Part shown: in pieces, positions 18,019 through 27,467 of the stretch
Layout of the letters: every line of letters starts with the position of its first letter
Numbering within the stretch: the stretch's first letter is position 1
Source of the DNA: Anaerolineales bacterium
GTDB taxonomy: Bacteria; Chloroflexota; Anaerolineae; Anaerolineales; UBA11858
Direction of reading: 5' to 3'
Assembly: GCA_050049875.1 (NCBI GenBank)
Contig: JASFVL010000003.1
Span: 1-55,493 of the forward strand
DNA length: 55,493 nucleotides
Made by a program: the position numbers and the translations under genes
The notes under the pieces: model-generated
What the model was told of the DNA's origin: nothing
The model's input: the letters and a program-made list of their open reading frames with translations, nothing else
Databases searched by the model: none

Positions 18019-19419
18019 ATGAACCAGCTCAATTTAGTATTTTGCATTGTTCTCGTTTCAATCTTGATGCTGGGCTGCCAGACATCCCAAGCTGAACCAC
18101 TCATCTCTTCCCAAGAACCTGGGACCTTCCCAAAAGTTAACTTGCCTTTGATCCGCGCTCAAGATACACCAATTGAACCATCGTGCACCGGTCCCCAGCC
18201 TCCCTTCGTCACCCACCAAGAGATCCTCCAACCGCTTCAAATGGACGAACCGGTGCGGGGCAACTCCTTTCGCGATCCAGTATTCGGCACCTGCCTTGTA
18301 CGGGTCAGTGATTGGGAAGCAGATTTGCCAGAAGAGGGGGTTCAACGGGGATTGAAGAACGAATACGCCCGAGTGGATTCATTCAATGCAGATGAGAGCT
18401 TGCTGCTCCTCTACAGTACCGACGGAGAGTGGTTCCTGTATGATGCAGCCAGCCTGACGCCACTGGGGGAACTTCCCCTGGGTGTAGAACCACGTTGGGA
18501 TACGCAAAATCCTTATCTCATCTATCACATAGATGAGACCCGCTTGATGGTTTTCGATTTGAACAGCGGGGAAAACTCCCTCGTGCGGGAATTCGCCAAC
18601 GATATCAACATGGGATCTATCAACGCAATATGGACACGATACGAGGGGCGCCCATCGATGGACAGCCGCTATTGGGGTCTGATGGCGGAAGGAGGTGATT
18701 GGATCCCTCTGGCTTTCATAGTTTACGATCGGCTCGATGACCAGGTAAGCGTCCGGGATATGCGCGACGTTCCTGGGATTGAGGACGACGTTGACCACGT
18801 AACCATCAGCCCCAAAGGCACTTACTTCTTGGCTTCCTTCGACCGCGCCTGCCAGCATGGTGAGCTTGGGGATGATGCCAACCCCTGTGGGTTAATGGTT
18901 TATGACCGTGACTTGGAAAACGGACGTGGTCTGCTGCGAATTGTTGGTCACTACGATACCGCCTTAGACATGGAGGGACGCGAGGTGATCCTCTACCAAG
19001 ATATCGACACGGACCACATATCCATGCTTGATCTGGAGAGTGGGGAAATTACCCCGTTATGGGCCATTGATTTCAGCCACACCTCTATCGGGTTCCACTT
19101 TTCTGGGTTAGCTTACGAAGCGCCTGGTTGGGCATTGGTCTCCACCCACAGTGGCGGATACCCAGATGCCTTCACCTGGATGGACAACCAGGTTTTTGCT
19201 GTGGAGTTAAAAGCGAAAGGGCGCGTCGTGCGTCTGGCGCACACCCACTCCCTGGTGGACCAGGATGACGAGCATGATTATTGGGCGGAACCGCACGCCA
19301 GCGTAAACGAGGACTTCACCCACATCGTTTTCACCAGCAACTGGGGGCATTCCGGGACGAGCGATGTTGACGCTTATCTAATCCAGTTGCCAGAAGGGTG
19401 GATCCAAAACCTGCCATAA
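18019..19419 (+). CDS. Secreted lipoprotein, probable beta-propeller, function unknown
   Basis: Start reassigned to ATG 18019; signal peptide with lipobox LMLGC; acidic sequence; C-terminal WAEPHASVNEDFTHIVFTSNWG. Confidence 0.75.
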   Translation: MNQLNLVFCIVLVSILMLGCQTSQAEPLISSQEPGTFPKVNLPLIRAQDTPIEPSCTGPQPPFVTHQEILQPLQMDEPVRGNSFRDPVFGTCLVRVSDWEADLPEEGVQRGLKNEYARVDSFNADESLLLLYSTDGEWFLYDAASLTPLGELPLGVEPRWDTQNPYLIYHIDETRLMVFDLNSGENSLVREFANDINMGSINAIWTRYEGRPSMDSRYWGLMAEGGDWIPLAFIVYDRLDDQVSVRDMRDVPGIEDDVDHVTISPKGTYFLASFDRACQHGELGDDANPCGLMVYDRDLENGRGLLRIVGHYDTALDMEGREVILYQDIDTDHISMLDLESGEITPLWAIDFSHTSIGFHFSGLAYEAPGWALVSTHSGGYPDAFTWMDNQVFAVELKAKGRVVRLAHTHSLVDQDDEHDYWAEPHASVNEDFTHIVFTSNWGHSGTSDVDAYLIQLPEGWIQNLP

Positions 19420-19491
19420 AAGGTCCCTTTACGCACTAAATTCCTAAAGGATAAAGGGGGCCTGCCAATTATTATTCGGTCAAAATCTAAA

Positions 19492-21594
19492 TCAATCGAC
19501 CGCGTAAATTCTCCAATCCCCTGAAACCCCTTCGAACGCATGTTTACCGCGCTCCGAGAAACAGAAACCCGAACCCACCACCAAGTCCTTCACTGTGCTT
19601 GAAGTCAAGATTTCATTGACTCCAGCAGCATTCAACACCCCCTTAGCGATCTTAATAGCATTACCCCCTAGTTCTCCAGCCACAAATTCGCATTCCCCAG
19701 TGTGTAGGGAAATCCGCAAATCTATATAACGTTGTCTAGCCCCCTCCATGACGGTTTTGGCGCAGTGGATGGCTCGGCTGGGGCTGCCGAAGGTGGCAGT
19801 GTAACGACCCTGGCTCCGGGTGACCTCGCTACCGTGAAACCGCGCCACTTCTTGTTTAAAGTAAGCGTACGTGGGTTCGATTTGTAACCTGGTCGGGGTC
19901 TCCCTCCCTTCAGCGGTAGCATCATCAAGCAACTCGATGATCAAAATCGTTGCCAACATACGCTCAGGAACTGCCGGACTAGCCAAGTTATGGATAAAGT
20001 CCTCGATCTCTCTTAGTATTGCTTGACGATCTCCAATAAAAAACCAGTGGTCTTGTCCTTCAAGTTCAACATATTTTGCCCCGGGTATCTGACCAGCAAG
20101 GTAGCGAGCCGCGCCGATGCGTATCGCTCTATCACCTTTACGATGCAAAACGAGGGTTGGCGTGCGAATCGCTGGCAAGATATTACGCACGTCGATATCC
20201 CTCATCACCTCCAGCACCGCCTTGATTCCGCCGGGACTTGAAGACATGCGCATAAATCTCGCCCACCATGATTGCAATTCCGGATCAAGGGCACGGCTGG
20301 GAGCGTAGGTCTCCAGATTGAGGGCTGCACCCCAGTTCTCCGAGATCATCGTCAACCACCTGTCGTATTGTTGACGGGTTAACGCCCAGGGATAGTCCTC
20401 CGAATAGGTCCACTTCGCGCAAGTGCCGTAGAGGATCAATCCCGACACACGTTCGGGATACGTTGCCGTGAATAGCAAGTTAGTTGGTCCACCCTCCAGA
20501 TAACCGAATAGGACGGGGTGTTTTGAACCTGCTGCCCGCATCACCGCTTGGACATCATCCATCGTATCATCCAAAGTCGGCGAGTACCCGACGCGGTCAG
20601 AAAGACCGGTTCCACGCCGGTCGAAAATGATCGTGCGAGAAAAGGAGGACAACTCTTCGAAGAAAGCTGCCAAACTTGGTTGCTCCCACATTTGTTCCTG
20701 ATTATAGATAAAACCGCCGACCCAAACGATATCCACCGCTCCTTCGCCAAATACCTGGTAGGCGATGTGAACGTCGCCGCTGAGCACATACCGAATTTCT
20801 AGGTGTTTCCTGATCGGGGTATGTCTCTCGACTGTTCGTGAGAGACGAATGTCCTCGTAGAGTGCAGTCGTCTCTGGTTGGGGAGAAATGTGTAATTCCT
20901 GTTCGAGGATGCGTTCACATTCCTGGTATTGGCGCAGGGCTGCTGCTTGCTGTCCAGTCTGCGCGTACAGGTCCATCAGCAACCGATGGGCAGGCTCGTG
21001 CAGCAAATCCAATGAAAGCCAATGACGGGCATGTTGGATGGCACGCTCGTATTGACCTTGAGATTGGTAGATTGTCGAGAGCTGTCTCAGGGCGTTAACC
21101 AAGGATGCGCGCAGATTCTCGGTTTCAAAAAAGAGCCACTCATCGTATGAACGACAATCAGGGAGCGAGAATCCCGCTAACAAATCCCCTTGGTATAAAT
21201 CCACGGCCTCTTCGAGGGTTGTAATACAATTGGGGTTAATTTCCTCTTGAAGCTCACCTTTAGGAAGACAAGCCTCTAAACGCTGCTTAAACATACCAAC
21301 GTCCGTCCAAATCTCTATATCAGGATCAAGACCAATTATCTCTTTACCGGATGGGATGATTTCCTGTCCGATGCTCTTGTTAATCCGGTAAAGACAACGG
21401 CGCAGATTGGCACGCGCGCTGCTCGGACTGCTTTCAGGCCAAAACAGTGACGCCAATTCATCACGACTGTACTCCCCTTTCGTGAGGACTAAATAAGAAA
21501 GCATCGCCATCGCTTTACGCAGACCGAGTTCGATCGGTTGGCCTGCCTTTTCGAGGCGCGGAGATGCAAACAAGAACAATCTCAATTGGGACAC
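19492..21594 (-). CDS. SARP/BTAD transcriptional activator fused to an alpha/beta hydrolase and a degenerate class III cyclase domain
   Basis: N-terminal wHTH/BTAD (RDELASLFWPE, LYQGDLLAGF, EPAHRLLM); hydrolase (FDRRGTGLSD, GQDH); C-terminal RISLHTGECE, STVKDLVVGSG. Confidence 0.88.
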   Translation of the reverse strand: MSQLRLFLFASPRLEKAGQPIELGLRKAMAMLSYLVLTKGEYSRDELASLFWPESSPSSARANLRRCLYRINKSIGQEIIPSGKEIIGLDPDIEIWTDVGMFKQRLEACLPKGELQEEINPNCITTLEEAVDLYQGDLLAGFSLPDCRSYDEWLFFETENLRASLVNALRQLSTIYQSQGQYERAIQHARHWLSLDLLHEPAHRLLMDLYAQTGQQAAALRQYQECERILEQELHISPQPETTALYEDIRLSRTVERHTPIRKHLEIRYVLSGDVHIAYQVFGEGAVDIVWVGGFIYNQEQMWEQPSLAAFFEELSSFSRTIIFDRRGTGLSDRVGYSPTLDDTMDDVQAVMRAAGSKHPVLFGYLEGGPTNLLFTATYPERVSGLILYGTCAKWTYSEDYPWALTRQQYDRWLTMISENWGAALNLETYAPSRALDPELQSWWARFMRMSSSPGGIKAVLEVMRDIDVRNILPAIRTPTLVLHRKGDRAIRIGAARYLAGQIPGAKYVELEGQDHWFFIGDRQAILREIEDFIHNLASPAVPERMLATILIIELLDDATAEGRETPTRLQIEPTYAYFKQEVARFHGSEVTRSQGRYTATFGSPSRAIHCAKTVMEGARQRYIDLRISLHTGECEFVAGELGGNAIKIAKGVLNAAGVNEILTSSTVKDLVVGSGFCFSERGKHAFEGVSGDWRIYAVD

Positions 21595-21692
21595 GTTTGA
21601 GGTCTTTCAAAGAGGAACTGAGAGAACGTGATTGATTAGTATGCCTAATACTATTCTACAGAATTAATCGGAGTTTTGCAAATTATTTTCGA

Positions 21693-21737
21693 TTGGACGC
21701 TTTCTTGGACGCTCTTAATCACGCTGCTTGGACGGCT
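21693..21737 (+). promoter_or_regulatory. Direct-repeat array, candidate SARP binding site
   Basis: TTGGACGCT at 21693 and 21705, aatcACGCT at 21717, TTGGACGgc at 21728; spacing 12/12/11 bp. Confidence 0.6.
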
Positions 21738-21792
21738 GATCTGTAAAATCGATCATAGAAGAACCCGAGAAAGAGATCGTACAGGTGACGCC

Positions 21793-22353
21793 ATGTTAGC
21801 AACCAAAACACTCCAACATCAAAAGGTCGAACGCAGAGATGACATTCTCACAGATGCTACTCTCGATGGAGAACTCATCATCGTAAGAAGAGTAAAGCAG
21901 AGCGATGTATCCCTCATCGACGAAATGCACCAGCGCCTTTCAAACGACAGCATCTACTACCGTTATCTGGGACCATGCAAACCAACGCTTGATGACCTAC
22001 AAAACCTTTGTGAGATGGATCCCGAGTCTTGTGTTTCCGTCGTTGCGGTTGTTGGAGAGTCTCAAGAGAAAGTGATTGCCATGGCATGTTACCGGGTCAA
22101 GCCCGAAAATCCAAGCACGGCTGAGCCGGCAATTTTAGTGGAAGACAGCTACCAAGGGCGCGGATTAGGAAAACAGATGTTTATCACGCTCTGCCAACAC
22201 GCATATCAAAGAGGCGTGGAAACATTCGAGTCTTTTACACACCCGGCGAATCGGGGCGTTCTATTTTTAATCAAAGCTTGTGGTTTGTCCTACGATGTCC
22301 GTTTCAATCAAGGGCTGAGAGAAATTGTGGTTCGGCTGGAGCCAAGTCCGTAA
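21793..22353 (+). CDS. GNAT acetyltransferase (Pat-type GNAT domain)
   Basis: LSNDSIYYRY, AEPAILVEDSYQGRGLG, HPAN; start reassigned to ATG 21793. Confidence 0.88.
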   Translation: MLATKTLQHQKVERRDDILTDATLDGELIIVRRVKQSDVSLIDEMHQRLSNDSIYYRYLGPCKPTLDDLQNLCEMDPESCVSVVAVVGESQEKVIAMACYRVKPENPSTAEPAILVEDSYQGRGLGKQMFITLCQHAYQRGVETFESFTHPANRGVLFLIKACGLSYDVRFNQGLREIVVRLEPSP

Positions 22354-22380
22354 GGGTCGGCTAAGCGGATGTAACTCGTT

Positions 22381-22574
22381 TTGCCCCGGAAATCCCGCAC
22401 ACGGTCGATTTTCTCTTACAACTCTTCGGGCTAATTGTGAGCCCAAGGAATCCAGGGTCTGAGGTGATCTAAGTTCTGGTCAATGGCTTCCTTCAGTAAG
22501 GGGGCATCTTGCGGGTGCCAGCAGCGTATCACCATACGCTGCGTGTGAATTCGATAGGCAGGACCTTTGGGCAT
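22381..22574 (-). pseudogene. RimL/RimJ-type GNAT pseudogene (two in-frame stops, 3'-truncated)
   Basis: Not in the ORF track. After an AAGGA RBS it reads MPKGPAYRIHTQRMVIRCWHPQDAPLLKEAIDQNLDHLRPWIPWAHN*PEEL*EKIDRVRDFRGK. Confidence 0.75.
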
Positions 22575-22780
22575 TGATTTCAGTCCTTTTAATTAAATCC
22601 ACGTATCTATTGGACCAAGTATAGCAAAAACAATGTGTACAAGTAAAACATTTCGTTTAGAGTAAGTGTTGGTTTGGAGCATTTTTTCTAAAAACTCTTG
22701 AGTGCTCACAATAAAAATCATATATAATTCTATTTCCGAATTCCTAATCAAGCGAGCGGATCGGAAATTGTGATTAATAT

Positions 22781-25700
22781 ATGGACGAACGCCAACGTCT
22801 AGAGCAAGCGATTGCAACCCAAGAAAGTTTGCGTGGCATGGTCGCCGATGAGATCATCAATGCGACCATCTCAGCTTTGCGCAAACAATTAGAGCAGGTG
22901 ACTGCAGCCGCTGGCAAACAACGTAAGCTGGTCTCGGTCCTTTTCACCGATGTCGTCCATTCAACCGTAATGGTGCGCGATCTCGATCCGGAAGAGAACT
23001 TGGAGATCATGGACAATGCTCTCAAACAATTGGCGATCCCTGTGGAAGAGCACGGCGGGAGGGTTACCCGCTTCATGGGGGACGGTTTCAAGGCGGTCTT
23101 CGGTGCCCCGGTAGCACACGAAAACGACCCCGAGATGGCGGTGCGGGCAGGCTTGAGCATCCTAGAAATTTCCAAGAGACTGGCTAGCGAACTTGAAGCC
23201 CAGAGAGGCATCCACAACTTCCAAGTGAGGGTGGGGATCAACACTGGTTTGGCAGCCATAGGCGGCATGACGGAGGCTGAGGATACCCTGATGGGCAGTC
23301 CAGTCAACCTCGCCAAACGGGTAGAAAGCGCTGCATCGCCAGGCAGTTTATTCATATCGCACAACACCTACCAGCACGTACGCGGCGTTTTTAACGTCGA
23401 AATACAAGATCCCATTCAGGCGAAAGGCTTTACCGAGCCCGTACGGGTCTACAGGGTATTGGCAGCCAAGCAGCACGCGTTCCGCATGCGCACACGCGGT
23501 GTAGAGGGGATCGAGACCCGCATGGTGGGCAGGCAGGCTGAACTGCTCACCCTGCAGAACGCCTACCAGGATGCCCTCCGGGGAGAAAAGACGCAGATCG
23601 TCACCGTGATCGGCGAAGCCGGCGTGGGTAAGTCACGCTTGCTGTACGAATTTCAAAACTGGCTCGAACTCACACCAGAGGATATCTTCTTCTTACAAGG
23701 ATATGCCAGACAAGAAACCCAACACCTGCCTTATGCTTTATTAAGAGATGTGTTTGCCTTTCGCTTCCAGATACAAGAGAGCGACGACGCCCGTGAGGTG
23801 TGGAAAAAAGTAGAAAGAGGCTTCAGTGAAGTGCTGGGAGACAATGAAGATTTTGAGATGCGCGCTCATATTATGGGGCAGCTTCTCGGATTCGACTTCA
23901 GCGAGAGCCAGCACCTCAAGGGTGTGCTGGAAAATCCTAAGCAATTGCGAGAGCGTTCCTTTACATATCTAAAAGAGTACATTGAAACGGTATCCCAGCG
24001 ACACCCCATGGTAGTTCTCTTGGAAGACATCCACTGGGGGGATAACAGTTCTTTGGAGATGCTCAACCGCTTTATCCACAAGCTTCCAAAACAGCGCTTG
24101 TTGATCGTTTTTCTGGCTCGTCACAGGTTGTTTGATCGCTATCCAGAATGGGGGCAGGGTTTAGATCATCACACCCGCTTATCTCTAGAACCACTGTCTC
24201 AACAGAACTGCAACGACCTGGTGGATGAAATCCTCAAATTAACCCATGAAGTCCCGGCTTCACTGCGCGATACGGTTGTAAGCAACGCTGAAGGGAACCC
24301 CTATTACGTCGAAGAACTGATCAAGATGCTGATCGAAGACGGCGTCATCCTCACTGGTGAAGAGCGTTGGTGGATTCAACCAGAGCGTCTAACCGAGGTA
24401 AAAATCCCTCCTACCCTGACCAATGTACTGCAAGCGCGCTTGGACAGCCTGCCCCCCCAGGAAGGCAAGACTCTGCAGCAAGCCTCGGTCGTGGGGCGCA
24501 CCTTCTGGGATCGGATTGTGGCATATATTGAAGGTAAGAGTGGTGAACCTGTAGACCAGCAGCAAGTTACAAACACTTTGTTCGATTTGCAGGGCAGGGA
24601 GATGATCTACAGGCAACCGAACTCAGCTTTTGCCGGGGCTGGGGAGTACAACTTCAAGCACGCCATCCTGCGTGAAGTCACCTATGAGAGCGTCTTGCTG
24701 CGACAGCGGCATGAATATCACAGTCTCGTGGCTGATTGGTTGATCGAACATGCTTATGACAGAGTCGCTGAGTACGCCGGTTTGATCGCCGACCACTTGG
24801 AGGTGGCGGGGAGAACAGAGCGTGCTATACAATACCTGCTCAAGGCTGGGGAGCGCGCGTCCCAGAGTTACGCCAACATCGAAGCGGTTGATTACTTCTC
24901 ACGAGCCATCAAGTTGGCAGAAAAAGAACCCCCTGATATTAACTGTCTTGCCAAACTGCACCGGGGTCGTGGCCTGACCAGCGAGTCGATGGGCGATTTC
25001 GAGCAAGCGCGCAACGACCACGAAACGATCTTGAAACTAGCCCACCGCGCGGATGAGAGGCAGATTGAATGGCAAGCGCTGATCGACTTGGGCAGGTTAT
25101 GGGCCTCGCGCGACTACAACCAAACGCAGAACTATTTCCAGAAAGCACTAAAACTAAGCCGCAAGTTAACCGATCCAGCCGCCACTGCTGTCAGTTTAAA
25201 TTGGATGGGCAATTGGTACTTAAATACTGACAATCCAGATAAAGCAATTGCCTATCATCTGGAAGCGCTTGAGATCACCGAACAGTTGGGTAACCCACGA
25301 GACCTGGCGAACACCCTGGATTTGTTGGGTATTGCCTATATGTTTAGAGGTGATTCAAGCAGCAGCGTTGAATGCTACAATCAAGCAATCGCGCTTTATA
25401 GGGAATTGGATGACCGTCCGAGTTTGGTTTCCAGCTTGATTGGGCATGGACATAATGGGTGCGCAATGTTGACGTATCTTACACTAGTACAGGCGATCAC
25501 ACTTAAGGAAGCGGGGAATGATTTTGAAGAGGCGCTTGGCATTGCCCGAGAGATTGGCTCTCTTCCTGACGAAATCTGGGCACTTTGGTCCCTGGGTTTA
25601 CTCTATCTAGCGCAGGGCCAGTTTGGGCAAGCCTTGGAGGCCACTCAAAGGGGGCTTCGCATTGCTACCGATATCGAACATCGCGAGTTTATTGTATGGA

Positions 25701-26350
25701 ATCGTTCTGTCCTCGGGGAATTGCACCTGGCTTTGTTAAGGCCTGAAGAAGCGCGCCAGCAGTTCGAAAAAGGCTTGAGCTTTTCCAAAGAATTAAAATC
25801 CAATCAGGCGAGCTATATCACAACTGGCGGTTTGTCAAAAGCACTTTTGTTGTTAGGTGAACTAAACGCCGCTCAAACTTATCTGGATAGCGTTCTCTCC
25901 TCGCAAACACCGATGAATAATATGAATATCCGCTATTGTTGGGCGATACAGGCAGAACTGGCGCTTGAACAAGGTGATCCGGTTACGGCGCTGGACATTG
26001 CTGACCGATTAATAGAATCAGCTCATGGTATGTCATCTGGGGTTGTGATCACCTTTCTCTGGAAACTGCGTGGGGAGGCTTTTGCCGCTCTGGGACAAAT
26101 CGACGAAGCTGAATCTTTGCTGCGAGCTGCTATGGAAAACGCTCAGGCGAATGGAGAGCGATATTTATTGTGGTCTATCCATGCTAGCTTGGGCAAACTC
26201 TACGAAACTGCTGGAAAACAAACCGAAGCCGTTCACGAGTTATCAACGGCGAAAGAGCTCATCCAAGAGTTAGCCGATACCGTACCCAATGGATTGTTGA
26301 GGGACAACTTTCTCCGGCGCGCAAATGAAAGGCTCAGATCCTCACCATAG
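22781..26350 (+). CDS. Adenylate/guanylate cyclase - STAND (AAA_16) ATPase - TPR protein
   Basis: FTDVVHST, FMGDG, VGINTG, VNLAKR; Walker A GEAGVGKS; Walker B LLEDIHW; EGNPYY; YNFKH; TPR repeats. Confidence 0.92.
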   Translation: MDERQRLEQAIATQESLRGMVADEIINATISALRKQLEQVTAAAGKQRKLVSVLFTDVVHSTVMVRDLDPEENLEIMDNALKQLAIPVEEHGGRVTRFMGDGFKAVFGAPVAHENDPEMAVRAGLSILEISKRLASELEAQRGIHNFQVRVGINTGLAAIGGMTEAEDTLMGSPVNLAKRVESAASPGSLFISHNTYQHVRGVFNVEIQDPIQAKGFTEPVRVYRVLAAKQHAFRMRTRGVEGIETRMVGRQAELLTLQNAYQDALRGEKTQIVTVIGEAGVGKSRLLYEFQNWLELTPEDIFFLQGYARQETQHLPYALLRDVFAFRFQIQESDDAREVWKKVERGFSEVLGDNEDFEMRAHIMGQLLGFDFSESQHLKGVLENPKQLRERSFTYLKEYIETVSQRHPMVVLLEDIHWGDNSSLEMLNRFIHKLPKQRLLIVFLARHRLFDRYPEWGQGLDHHTRLSLEPLSQQNCNDLVDEILKLTHEVPASLRDTVVSNAEGNPYYVEELIKMLIEDGVILTGEERWWIQPERLTEVKIPPTLTNVLQARLDSLPPQEGKTLQQASVVGRTFWDRIVAYIEGKSGEPVDQQQVTNTLFDLQGREMIYRQPNSAFAGAGEYNFKHAILREVTYESVLLRQRHEYHSLVADWLIEHAYDRVAEYAGLIADHLEVAGRTERAIQYLLKAGERASQSYANIEAVDYFSRAIKLAEKEPPDINCLAKLHRGRGLTSESMGDFEQARNDHETILKLAHRADERQIEWQALIDLGRLWASRDYNQTQNYFQKALKLSRKLTDPAATAVSLNWMGNWYLNTDNPDKAIAYHLEALEITEQLGNPRDLANTLDLLGIAYMFRGDSSSSVECYNQAIALYRELDDRPSLVSSLIGHGHNGCAMLTYLTLVQAITLKEAGNDFEEALGIAREIGSLPDEIWALWSLGLLYLAQGQFGQALEATQRGLRIATDIEHREFIVWNRSVLGELHLALLRPEEARQQFEKGLSFSKELKSNQASYITTGGLSKALLLLGELNAAQTYLDSVLSSQTPMNNMNIRYCWAIQAELALEQGDPVTALDIADRLIESAHGMSSGVVITFLWKLRGEAFAALGQIDEAESLLRAAMENAQANGERYLLWSIHASLGKLYETAGKQTEAVHELSTAKELIQELADTVPNGLLRDNFLRRANERLRSSP

Positions 26351-26467
26351 CAACTAGGATGTTCTCCAGGATACCTGCACCTCTGTAAACAGGCAGTTCC
26401 AGCCGGATTTCTTTCAGCCAGCACCAACTGTTCCAGGCCGGGTCTACACTCAAGAAAGGAATAGAAG

Positions 26468-26944
26468 ATGAATACCGTTGAACTACTTCAATACTCAATA
26501 GGGGTTGCTTTCGATATTCTGGGCCAGGTTACCGCAGATCTGACTCAGGAGCAAGCCGATTGGAGGCCTCCTGGCACTGCCAGTAGCATCAGCAACATCT
26601 ACTGCCATATCCTTACCTATGTGGATTATTTTGTTCGCAACTACTGCATAGAGGGAAAACGTCTTCCGGAAACCGTCGAAAGCGCACCGGATGTGCTCAG
26701 GATGCAGGAGGTTCAAACAGATCTGAGCGAGCTGCACCAATTCGCTAGCGAGGTCAATAGCACGGTTCAGGGTTGGTTGTCCTCACTTAAACCCGCTGAT
26801 CTGGACCGCAAGAGACACACTACCGTTGGCGAGATGAACGTGGGCCAGATGCTGGAAATCTATATCGCTTGGCACATCAATGCGCACTGCGGCGAGATTT
26901 CGGCATTGAAGGGCTGCCAAGGCCTCAAGGGTTACCCTTGGTAA
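26468..26944 (+). CDS. DinB-family protein
   Basis: WRPPGTASSI...H, WHINAHCGEI, KGYPW. Confidence 0.85.
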   Translation: MNTVELLQYSIGVAFDILGQVTADLTQEQADWRPPGTASSISNIYCHILTYVDYFVRNYCIEGKRLPETVESAPDVLRMQEVQTDLSELHQFASEVNSTVQGWLSSLKPADLDRKRHTTVGEMNVGQMLEIYIAWHINAHCGEISALKGCQGLKGYPW

Positions 26945-27095
26945 CGAGCTCAAGGAAGACCATCTTAATAATGACTTAACCAAGCTGATCGAGACACTCG
27001 CTGCGGTTGAGACGTGGACGAGCGTACAAGCAAAGCGAAGCTTTATCACTTGCAGATGTTCTATCTTTGAATAGATTAGATACAGGGATTAGTTC

Positions 27096-27467
27096 TTATG
27101 ATGCCTTCAACAGCCACAAGATGCGATCGTATGAGATGGCGTAATGGACCAATACAATAGCAGCAAAAATCAAGGCGAACAGTTCGGACCCTGCATCGTA
27201 CAACCCCCACGCAGCGAATGCGAAGAAAGCTAGCTCAAGGAATAGACGCAGCCAACCCGGAACACGAACCGGAGCACGACCGGAGCGGCTGGGATCGTCC
27301 GGCACGTTGAAGGTCCCCCAGAGAACAGCTGCCCCCAGTGGGATCCCAATAGCCAATAAGTAGCGAAGCCAACCCCCAGATTGAGCCCAACCCCAGTAAC
27401 CCATTAAAACCAAAGCAAGCATCTCCAGGATAAAGCGAAGCAAAAGGTTAAGTGGATTTTTTGCCAT
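27096..27467 (-). CDS. YrdB-family (DUF2568) membrane protein
   Basis: LRFILE, WGTF, RLFLEL. Confidence 0.85.
   Translation of the reverse strand: MAKNPLNLLLRFILEMLALVLMGYWGWAQSGGWLRYLLAIGIPLGAAVLWGTFNVPDDPSRSGRAPVRVPGWLRLFLELAFFAFAAWGLYDAGSELFALIFAAIVLVHYAISYDRILWLLKAS

Noticed and set aside
22420-22440. In-frame TAG/TAA as a sign of stop-codon reassignment
   Set aside because: Many intact genes in the window end in TAG or TAA, and this fragment is also truncated.
22428-22552. Cluster of hairpins (GCAGCGTAT-cacc-ATACGCTGC and others) suggesting an ncRNA
   Set aside because: The region translates on the minus strand as a GNAT pseudogene, which explains it more simply.
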